This document shows, one piece after another, positions 36,701-48,162 of a DNA stretch of 64,000 bases; the stretch's first letter is position 1; every line of letters starts with the position of its first letter. Made by a program: the position numbers and the translations under genes. The notes under the pieces are model-generated. The model ran no database searches. It was not told the DNA's origin and was given only the letters and a program-made list of their open reading frames with translations. Source of the stretch: Massalongia carnosa (lineage: Eukaryota); contig OZ287071.1 in the NCBI GenBank assembly GCA_965645245.1, positions 1,860,001-1,924,000 of the forward strand, read 5' to 3'.

Positions 36701-37755
36701 CAAGTTATTATTCGACCTTATCCAAAATTAAATCAATGAACTCCGATAAATCCCGAGTTTTACTTTATACAGATGGATCGAAAATCGAATTTGCAACGTC
36801 TGCAGTCACATTTGCGCCAATTATAAGGAATTAGAGTAATATTATCAATAATTTTAATCGATTTATCGAAAAAGATTGTCTGATCAAGTATCATACGATT
36901 TCGAAAAGCTGGAAATTAAGCAAAAAGTCAAGCATTAAAAATGCCGAACTGCATGCGATTTTACAAGCAATGAAATGGGTCTATAAATTGTCGAATACTA
37001 ATATTTTATCGAACTTAGAAAAAACGATTCGGATTTTTTCTGATAGTATAAACGCGATAAACGAAATTCAGAACTTGACAAATCATATTTTCGCCAGACA
37101 AATTCGAAAGCTCGCAAAAATCTTATTTGAAAGCAATTTTCAGGTGATTTTGCAATGGGTTCCGAGTCATTCAAATATTACCGAAAACGAAATTGCAGAC
37201 AAAATAGCAAAGACGGGCCATAATCAAATCCTAGTCGAGTCCTCGGCGATAACATTTGATTATGTAAAAGATCAAATAAATCAAAATATGCTAACCACAT
37301 GGACGAATCAATGGCAACAATGCAAATCAAAAGGCAAATACAACGAGAAATTCGAAATGAAACCTGGCATATCGAGATTTTATTATTTATCAAACAACTG
37401 TTCCAAATTGATATTTGCTACTATTATGCAATTAAAATTCGGACACGGCTATTTTCGATCTTATTTAAAGCGATTGAAAGATTATAATTCGTCAAAATGC
37501 ACAAATCGATGCAATCAACGACAAACGCCAGAACACTTGTTATTGAATTGCATTCACTATTTCGATGAAATTCAAAACATGAAACAAAATATCGATACTA
37601 CTATCAACTTGAATATGTTGTTTAATACAAAAATCGGAAATGACATTTTGATTAAATTCATTGTCAATAACAAAATCGCGACAAGAAAATGGATACTAGG
37701 TCAGCTTGATGACGAGATTTTCGAAACTGGAGGTTGGGGAGAGATCGAACAGTAA
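33742..37755 (+). pseudogene. LINE ORF2 APE endonuclease-RT-RNase H-CCHC (1337 codons) with a single TGG>TAG stop at 36832
   Basis: QEPW, GDFNAHH, GSDH (APE); GIPQGSPISPILF, FIDD (RT); YTDGSK, AEL, SDS, QWVPSH (RNase H); QTPEHLLLNC. Sister copies read TGG at the stop position. Confidence 0.93.
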
Positions 37756-38033
37756 AATCAGAAACGATTTATGCTGATACATTCACGAACTTACAAAGAC
37801 AAATTTTAAAATCGATATTCTTCGATTACTATAGGTTGTTACTAACACGGAGTAAAAATGGGGAAAAATTGACAATACATAGATGGGTTATAAAGGGTTG
37901 ATTTATTTGTAACAAAGAAACATATCCTAAAATAGTTTAGTGTCATAACCTTAGGTTGAATACACTTAATGAATAAATAAATAAAAAAAAACAATATCCC
38001 ATTTAATAGGCCCGGCCTGTTAAATAAAATCGA

Positions 38034-38203
38034 GGAAAACATAGAGTCACAAAACACATAGTCATCAATCACACGTTGTACAAAGCACACAGTTACAAAG
38101 CACACAGTCACAAACACACAGTCAAAAAACACACAGTCACAAAACACACAGTCACAAAACACACAGTCACAAAACACACAGTCACAAAAAACACAATCAC
38201 AAA
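38034..38203. repeat. 15-bp tandem repeat (ACAAAACACACAGTC)n, ~11 copies
   Basis: Directly visible; lies in the LINE B leader. Confidence 0.9.
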
Positions 38204-38282
38204 TCAATAACACGTCCCTGTGAAGGGGGTTCTGCGGGGGCTCGTTAAGACAGATCTTCACCCCGTTAATATCGGCGTACAT

Positions 38283-38527
38283 ATTTTTAGAGGTTCAAGT
38301 CCTTTCTAGCAGTCATCAGCTGAAAATGATGCATTTTGACACGGGCATGGTGTGGATTTGACACGGGTAGACCTCGATGGATCACAAAACGAATGAAAAG
38401 AGTTCAGCGGAACTTCGTTAATATTGTTCTCGAAGACCTCGTTAATAAGATTTTCATAGACCTCGTTAACAACGTTCAGTCATACTCTTAAAGGTTCAAG
38501 TCCTTTCATGCAGTCATCGGCTGAGAG
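38283..38527 (+). ncRNA. Candidate structured RNA motif, copies 3 (38283-38327) and 4 (38485-38527)
   Basis: Same core and spacing as copies 1-2; P1 = ATTTTTA/TGAAAAT and CTCTTA/TGAGAG. Confidence 0.7.
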
Positions 38528-40910
38528 CTAAAGACGTACGACACGGGTCAGCTATGTCTGTCACACGGGTCTCCTTCGTCTACAACACGGAGCCCTCCGG
38601 CTGAAAGAAATAAAACATATAGACACATAGTGTAGGGTCACACCCTACACGATACAAGGGATTTGGGTTATGAAAACCATCCGATTGATGGCTACCGTGA
38701 GCAACACGGCCCGAACCGGAGTCGTACCGGGGATGGTGGAGGCAACCTAGTCATCAAATAGGACACCCTTGGGACAAGAAGAGGGCAATATACGAGGAAC
38801 CCGTTAATTGATAACAGTCTAGGCCCTGAGCTAATAGACGAATTTCAAACGAGCACCCCTCCGAGTTGTCCTCGACTCGTTTTGGTTAGTAGGGACGGAA
38901 AATCGATACTATACTGCCTGGTCAGGAGCATAGTGGTCGAAATCCCTGCGAGACATGGTCGGTTCATAAACGGGAGACCTTTATGAATAACGCGAAGTGG
39001 GCGTAAAAAACCCGTGAGGCGTGGTATGCAATGGCGGCCACCGTACGGAGACCGTCTGCATAGCCCGAGAGGACAGTATGCGCATGTCGGTGTATATAGA
39101 GCAGGGAATGTTTATCTCGCTCGTAACGAGACCCCGTCGGTTCGCCGGCGCATGGGCTACGGCTAGACTCGCCCTTGATGTATGCTTAAGGAGTAAACTG
39201 GGTTTGACCTGGGCGAAAGGGACGTCGTTCACCCCAATCGTAGAATTCATCAATAATCTTGGGCCGAAAAACGCACCAGTGAGATGAACGAAAACTGGGA
39301 TAGAGACTTCACGAAGGAGAGAGATGTCAACTCTATTTTATCATTCTTAGCCCTCCCCAAATGGAATCTCCGGGGCTCTCGTCAGTAGGACTTATAGAAA
39401 AATCGCCTGTACTTGACGAGCCTATGGATCAATCACATGAATATTCGTCCGCCCCGACTACGCCGACCCCAAAAGCAACCAAATTCCCATCTGGACAATT
39501 TACTACCAATCTACCCATGCCATCGTTAAATTCTAATATAGAATTAAGAAACGTAACAAACGAAAAACATTCGACGAACGAGTAGAGGAAAGCCAAGAAG
39601 CAATCAATCGAGCACAATCGATTGGATTACTCAAAACGGCTAAAACCGCGTTATTGAAGTCATTTGTCTTAGATCAAAATCCAGAAACAGCAATAGTCAT
39701 TGATAATGTCAATTCCTTATTGACAAAAAAATCAATTAATATCAAAACAACACTAGACATGATGAATTGGAAATTGGACAAGGTAATTGATCAGACTAGT
39801 AATCGAACCTCAGAAACAACGCGAAAATCGACTCGGGTTCAACAAGTCAATATGACTGAAAATCCAAATAAAGTCGTCAACACGAACGCACGAAAGGAAA
39901 CCGCCGGGGTTACGAGTACAAAGGTCAATAACACGCCTCCATCCTGGAGTCAAATGCTTGGAAAAGCAACTGCGAATTCCGAAAATTGGACCACTGTTTC
40001 CAGATCGAAAAATTCGAGTCAAACCTCGAACAAACTCGACAAAACCGACGAATTAAATGCAATCAAACTCATACGACTGATAATTACACCAAAAATTCAA
40101 ATCGGCGATATCGAATCATTGAAACTTCGAGATCAAATCAACGCGCAATTCAGCAACGCGAAGTTAGATATCGTAATCAACACGGTCGAAAAATCGAAAA
40201 CCGGTCAGAATATCGTTCTCACTACTAGTTCGAAAAACACTGCTGCAGAATTGTTGGAAAACAAATCTATATGGGAACATATGTTCGATGCACAAAGAAT
40301 TCGAAAAGACGAATCCTGGTTTAAAGTGATCGCACATGGAGTAAATATTGCAACGTTTGATCAAAATATGCAATTTTTGCAAAATGAAATCCAGAAATTC
40401 AACCTTAACATGGAATTGTGCGATTTATCCAGATGGCTAGCGCGAGATCGCGAAAACAAAGTCAATTCTTCGGTCGTTTTGACTTTTAACGATCGAAATC
40501 AGGCCTTAAACGCGTTAAAAGGCGTAAATATCGCGGGAAAACACTGTGACACGGAAATATTTACATCCGTTCGTCCGAATACACAATGTATTAATTGTCA
40601 AAAATTCGGACACAAGCATTATCAGTGTCGAAACAAATCAAAATGCAATATTTGTGCACAAAATCATGAAACACGTAATCATGAATGCATAACATGCAAA
40701 TCGAAAACTGCGTGTGCACACGTTGTTGTGAAATGTGCAAACTGCAATAAAAATCATCAATCAAATGATGAACATTGTGAAATGTTTACTGCATTAAATC
40801 CACGAAAATCGGCTGACGAATTATCCGCCTTATAATGGCAGGACAGCATTCGTTGGCAAATATAGAAAATACTCACAATGTCAAATTTATTCAACACAAC
40901 TGTGGAAGGT

Positions 40911-41560
40911 TTTTTTATTTTTATTTTTTATTCATTAAGTGTATTCAACCTAAGGTTATGACACTAAACTATTTTAAGATATGTTTCTATATTACAAATA
41001 AATCAACCCTTTATAACCCATCTATGTATTGTCAATTTTTCCCCATTTTTACTCCGTGTTAGTAACAACCTATAGTAATCGAAGAATATCGATTTTAAAA
41101 TTTGTCTTTGTAAGTTCGTGAATGTTTCAGCATAAATCGTTTCTGATTTTACTGTTCGATCTCTCCCCAACCTCCAGTTTCGAAAATCTCGTCATCAAGC
41201 TGACCTAGTATCCATTTTCTTGTCGCGATTTTGTTATTGACAATGAATTTAATCAAAATGTCATTTCCGATTTTTGTATTAAACAACATATTCAAGTTGA
41301 TGGTAGTATCGATATTTTGTTTCATGTTTTGAATTTCATCGAAATAGTGAATGCAATTCAATAACAAGTGTTCTGGCGTTTGTCGTTGATTGCATCGATT
41401 TGTGCATTTTGACGAATTATAATCTTTGAATCGCTGTAAATAAGATCGAAAATAGCCGCATCCGAATTTTAATTGCATAATAGTAGCAAATATCAATTTG
41501 GAACAGTTGTTTGATAAATAATAAAATCTCGATATGCCAGGTTTCATTTCGAATTTCTCG
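40911..41560 (-). mobile_element. 5'-truncated LINE copy (650 bp) inserted into LINE B ORF2
   Basis: 13-bp TSD AACTGTGGAAGGT (40898-40910, 41561-41573); T-rich tail on the left; ORF2 C-terminus 41149-41547. Confidence 0.95.
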
Positions 41561-44500
41561 AACTGTGGAAGGTCAACGAATGCAATGATTTCGTGTTTGG
41601 AATATGCTTTATCAAATCAAATCGATATTGTTTTGTTTCAGGAACCATGGACACGAGATCAAAAAACAATATCACATCCGTCATTTACATGCATTATGCC
41701 GAAAACAGCGACTTATCGCTCGAGAGTAGCTATATTTGTCACAAAATGCAATCCCAAACTGCAATGCACGCCTAGAACGGATCTGATTGACGATTCCGAT
41801 ATGCAAATTATTGAAATTACAATTGATGAAATTCGAAAAGTGCAGATTTTCAATATTTATAACGAAAAAAGTCAAAATGATCGAGAAACATACACGATCG
41901 ATCGACTTTTAATCAAATATCAACCTACATCAACTAATCAATTCATCATATGTGGAGATTTCAATGCACATCATAACTGGTGGAATTCGAAAATTCAACA
42001 CGCAATTCGATCAGAAAATTTAGTCAAATGGTTGAAAATAAACAAATGTAGTTTGATAAACACACCTGATTTATGCACATTCTACGCCCATTCTGGAAGT
42101 TCATCATCTGTTATTGATTTAACATTTGCAAATTCCAAAATCGAAAATGCAATTACAAACTGGGCAATCGATGAAAACGCAGTCACAGGTTCAGATCATG
42201 AAGTTATCCGATTTGAACTAATCGCATCTTTCAAGAATTTGACGTCACATGCAACCGCATTATCGAATAAATACAATTGTAATAAAGCCGATTGGAATAA
42301 ATTCGCGAAGTTTCTAGACGAAAATTCAATCAACTACGAATCAAAAGTTCAAAGTTTATTGAATAATCATCAATTCGACGAATCAGCGATACATTTGCAA
42401 AAAATTATCAAAAACGCGGCTGAAATGTTTATTCCGAAAACAAAAATATGTGCAAAATCGAAAAATTGGTGGTCGCAAGATTTAACCGAACTTCGAAAAA
42501 TCATGTGCAGGCATCGTCGAGAATGGAAGAATTATCCGTCCGATTTTAGTCATCGGACGTTTAAACATAGTCGAATTGAGTATTTTCATGCAATTCGAAA
42601 AGCAAAACAACAAACCTGGTTGACTTTTCTAGAAAATCCAGCGAATAAAGACGTGTTTACCGCGTATAAATATACTAAACCGCGCATATTCGAAAAAATA
42701 CCGCCGATTCTACATGAAAATAAGCTTAATGTTCAGTTTGATGACAAATGCGATGCGTTTGTGTCAGCAATGTACACAAAAAAACCATTTATAGACGATA
42801 ATGTCGAAGATTTACCAAATCAAGACAGCGAAAATGATGATAATTGGCCAGATTTGACCGAAAACGAGCTGCAAAATGCGATTAATTTATTTAATCCGAA
42901 GAAAGCATGTGGACCTGATGCAATCAATTTTACAATTGTTCAAAAATCGTTTCAATCGTTAAAAAACGTGTTTTTCATGATTTATTCGAAATTCATTCGA
43001 ATCGGTTATCACCCGTTATGCTGGCGAACAGGACTCGGTGCAGTTCTGAAAAAACTTAATAAATCAGACTATTCGCTACCAAAATCATATCGAATTATCA
43101 CATCACTAAATTGTCTTGGTAAAATTGCTGAGAAAATCGTTGCAAATCGACTAGCCTACTTCGGCGAAAATTCGAATTTACTAGATATCGAACAGATGGG
43201 CGGACGCAAAAATCATTCTGCAATTGACGCAGTAATGAACGTCGTTCATGATATCGAAATTGCGAATCGAAATAAAAGCGTTTTATCCTGTTTATTACTC
43301 GATGTCAAAGGCGCATTTGACTTTTTCTCGATTAATCAACTGCTAAATGTCATGAAAAAGCTGAAATTATCTCGCATATTAATTCAATGGGTCAAGCATT
43401 TCATGATAAAACGATCGATCAATTTGATATTCGATGAAAACAAAAGCAAAACATATTATGTCGAATCAGGAATTCCACAAGGTTCACCAATCTCGCCTAT
43501 TCGATTTCTGATTTACATTCGTCACTTGTTTCCTCATTGAACTTAAACATTGGATCAAGCCCACCAATCAAACGAAATAAAAGACGCACATTTGACGAAC
43601 ATTTGAGAGATAGCCAAGAAGCGATCAATCGGGCAAATTCAATTGAGCTTCTAAAGTCGGCCAAAAAAGCATTATTGCAATCATTTGGACTGGACCAAAA
43701 TCCACAAACGGCTATCGTAATTGACAACGTTAATTCGTTGATTTCGAAAAAATCAATCAATTTACAAACATCCTTAGATATGATTAACTATAAAATGGGC
43801 ATAGTACTTGATCAAACTAGTCATCTTTCCTCAAAAACGTCACAACAACAAACGACTCCACTACAGAATGGTCCAAAAATCCAAAAACCTGTTGTTAAAT
43901 TGAACGAAAATTCAATTATCGAAAATCAGACCATTCGCAAAGGAGCTACCGGGGTCTCTGGTAACAATGTTAGCACAACCGGTACATGGAGTCAAATGCT
44001 TGGAAAAGCAACCGAAAACTCCGAAAATTGGACTACTATTCAAAGGAAAAGTTCGAATAATAATTCGAACAAAGTCGATCGATTTGATGCAATCAAGGCC
44101 AGACGACTCGTGATTTCACCGAAAAATCCTGACGCTCAAATCGACTCTATGAAGTTGCGTGATCAAATTAACGCGCTATTAAAAAACGCAAATTTAAACA
44201 TCATCGTCAATACTGTTGAAAAGTCCAAAACCGGTCAGAATATAGTTCTCACCACTAGCCCTGACAACAATGCCGAAGAATTGTTGAAAAATAAATCTTC
44301 ATGGGAACACATTTTCGAATCACAAAGAATTCGAAAAGACGAATCCTGGTTTAAAGTCATAGCACACGGAGTAAATATCTCGTTATTCGATAATAACATG
44401 CAATATTTGCAAACCGAAATCGAAAAATACAATTCGAATATGCAACTATGCGATTTACCAAGATGGCTTGCTCGGGATCGTCAAAACAAAGTCACGTCGT

Positions 44501-47500
44501 CGGTAGTTTTGACTTTCAATAATCAAAATCAAGCGTCAAACGCGTTAAGAGGCGTGAATATCGCGGGTAGACATTGTGACACGGAAATATTTGCTTCCGT
44601 TCGTCCAAACACGCAATGTATTAATTGTCAGAAATTTGGACATAAGCATTATCAATGCAAAAGTCCGGCAAAATGCAATATATGCGCACAAAGTCATGAA
44701 ACGCATAATCATGAATGCACAACATGCAAGTCTAAAATCGCATGCGCACATGCAATTCTGAAATGCGTCAATTGCAACAAAAATCATCAATCGAACGATA
44801 TAGGTTGCGAAATGTTTATATCGCTAAATCCTAGAAAATCGAATGATGAATTAATGCTTGGTTAATGGCGGGACAACATTCGTTGACAAATATCGAAAAT
44901 ACACAAAATGTCAAATTTATTCAACATAATTGTGCAAAGTCAACGAATGCAATGATTTCGTGTCTGGAATATGCAGTATTAAATCGTGTTGATATTGTTT
45001 ATTTCAGGAACCATGGACGCGAGATCAAAAAACAATTTCCCATCCGTCATTCACATGTATTATGCCGAAAATAGCGACTTATCGGCCGAGAGTAGCTATA
45101 TTCGTTACAAAATGCAATCCAAAATTGCAATGAACGCCTAGAACGGATCTTATAAACGATACTGATCTGCAAATTATCGAAATTACAATTGATGAAGTTC
45201 GAAAAGTGCAGATCTTTAACCTTTACAATGAAAAAAGTCTAAACGATCGAGAAACATATACAATCGATCGACTTTTAGTTAAATATCAACCTATATCAAC
45301 TGATCAATTTGTCATATGTGGAGATTTCAATGCACATCATAGCTGGTGGAATTCGAAGATTCAAAATGCAATTCGATCAGAAAATCTAGTCAAATGGTTA
45401 AAATTAAACAAATGTAGTTTGATAAATACGCCTGATCTATATACATTTTTTGCTCATTCAGGAAACTCTTCATATATTATTGATTTAACATTTGCAAATT
45501 CTAAAATCGAAAACGCAATTACAAATTGGTCAATCGATGAAAACGCAGTCACGGGTTCAGATCATGAAGTTATTCGATTTGAACTTATCGCGTCTTTCAA
45601 GAACTTGACGTCACACGCAACCGCATTATCGAATAAATACAACTGCAATAAAGCCGATTGGGATAAATTCGCGAAGTTTCTAGACGAAAATGCAGTAAAC
45701 TACGAGTCCCAAATACATAGTCTATTGAACAATTATCAATTTGATGAATCAGCGTTATATTTGCAAAACGTTATCAAAAACGCGGCTGAAATGTTTATTC
45801 CGAAGACAAAAATATGCGCAAAATCGAAAAATTGGTGGTCGCAAGATTTATCCGGACTTCGAAAAATCATGTGTAGACATCGTCCAGAATGGAAGAATAA
45901 TCCGTCCTATTTTAGTCATCAAACATTTAGACATAGTCGAATCGAGTACTTTCATGCAATTCGAAAAGCGAAACAGCAAACTTGGTTGGCTTTCCTCGAA
46001 AACGCAGCGAATAAAGACGTATTTACAGCTTATAAATACACTAAACCGCGCATGTTCGAAAAAATACCACCTATTCAATATGAAAATAAGTTAAATGTTC
46101 AATTCGATCACAAATGCGATGCGTTTGTGTCAGCAATGTACACAAAAAACCCGTTCACGGATGATAATATTGAAGATTTAACGAATCAAGACAGCGAAAA
46201 TGACAACAATTGGCCGAATTTAACCGAAAATGAATTGCAAAATGCGATTAGTTTGTTTAATCCAAAGAAATCATGTGGACCTGATGCAATCAATTTCACA
46301 ATAATTCAAAAATCGTTTCAACAATTGAAAAACGTGTTTTTTACTATTTATTCTAAGTTTATACAAATCGGTTATCACCCGTTATGTTGGCGAACAGGAC
46401 TCGGTGCTGTTTTAAAAAAACCTAATAAACCAGACTACTCGCTGCCAAAATCATATCGAATTATTACCTTACTGAATTGTCTTGGTAAAATTGCGGAGAA
46501 AATAGTTGCTAATCGACTAGCCTACCTCGGCGAAAATTCGAGCTTGTTAGATACTGAACAAATGGGCGGACGGAAAAATCATTCTGCAATCGATGCGGTA
46601 ATGAACGTCGTTCATGATATCGAAATCGCAAACCGAAACAAAAACGTTTTATCATGTCTATTACTCGATGTCAAAGGAGCATTTGACTTTGTTTCGATTA
46701 ATCAATTGCTAAATGTTATGAAAAAGCTGCATTTATCTCGCATAGTTATTCAATGGGTAAAGCATTTTATGACAAAACGATCGATCAATTTGATATTCGA
46801 TGAACACAAAAGCAAAACGTACTATATCGAATCTGGAATTCCACAATGTTCACCTATTTCGCCAATTCTATTTCTGATTTATATTCGTTACTTATTTCCG
46901 AAAATACGAATGAAATTCAATGCTCATTCACCTAGCTTTATAGACGATGTTGCAATATATGTCGAAAATAAAACTGCCACACAGAATTGCAAAGAAATCG
47001 AAATTATCGTCAAAACAGCTTTTGAATGGGCCGCAACGAATAATGTCAAATTTGATGACGACAAATCTGAGTTGATTCATTTCGAAAAGTCAAGAAATGC
47101 ATCAAAAGACAAAGTGCAATTACCAAACGGGACAATACTAGAACCGAAAAAATTTGTAAAATGGTTAGGAGTCTGGTTAGACCGAAAACTAAATTACAAA
47201 AAACACGTCGAAACGCGAATTGCTTCTGCAAATCGATCGTTTTTCGCAATTCAAAATTTGATGAAATCTGAATAGGGACTAAAGCCAACTGCATGCAGAC
47301 AGCTCTATCTGTCATGTATTATTCCTATTTCGGACTATGGCTCAAATATCTGGTATAACGGTCAAAAGAAATATGAAAAGCTATTTCAGAATCTGCAAAA
47401 TCGAATGATTCGAAAGATTTTAGGCACATTCAAAACCACGCCTGTTCAGGCGATGGAAATTGAATCGCATATTTTACCAGCCAAGCTACGATTGTTGATG

Positions 47501-48162
47501 AAAAATCAAAAATACGCAATTCGATTATTGAAGATTGCCGAAAATAATCCTATTTGTCAAAGAATTCCCAGTACCTATTCTGTGAAATTCGAAAACATCG
47601 GTTTTGACACTAGTTTATGGAACAACAGATATGCTGAATGGAACGAAGACGAGAAAAAATCGAGTAAACCTCATCCTAGTCAGCTTATCCGTATTCTTCA
47701 TTCCGTTTCGGATATAGTTCACAAAACTGATGAATTCGAATCAGTAAATAATTTCATCAAACCATGGAAGCCGTCTTGTAAAATCAAGTTCCAAATCGAA
47801 AGATCCAAAGAAACAGCAAAGTCAAGTTATTATTCGACTTTATCAAAAATCCAATCAATAAACGCTGTTGAAATAGGTATATGACTATGGCTATATGGCT
47901 ATGATAAAAATGGTATGTATGACCGTGATGTTAAGGATGAAGAGTGCTGTTCAGCAGTCTTTGTCCCATAACTGGTCACCCTCTGCTAAGCGAGGTGATA
48001 AGATTATCTGAGCTGATCTTATCTAATCTCTAGGCTAAGCCTAATACGGCATCTACGGTTTCTGTAGGTGCTCTGTCCATCTTGGGCAGTCGTAGGTGCT
48101 ATGTTCATTGAACTGGTAGGTGTTCACTGTACTGGTAGGAGTTGAATATTCAACACCCCCCC

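Larger units (their letters stand above)
31171..37991 (+). mobile_element. Apparently full-length Tad1-clade LINE 'A'
   Basis: 12-bp TSD CAATATCCCATT (31159-70, 37992-38003); ~1.1-kb 5' UTR; ORF1/ORF2 overlapping at TAATG; (AATA)n/A tail. Confidence 0.93.

Noticed and set aside
37842..38282. Cys-rich (CDCVF)n metallothionein-like ORF
   Set aside because: Antisense translation of the 15-bp tandem repeat fused to the LINE 3' UTR across an insertion junction.
38790..38850. Group I intron core (weak S-like ataacagtc)
   Set aside because: No matching P/Q/R elements or P7 pairing could be identified.
41534..43540. Standalone 668-aa gene
   Set aside because: Middle piece of LINE B ORF2; its start comes from the inverted insert and its end from LINE C.
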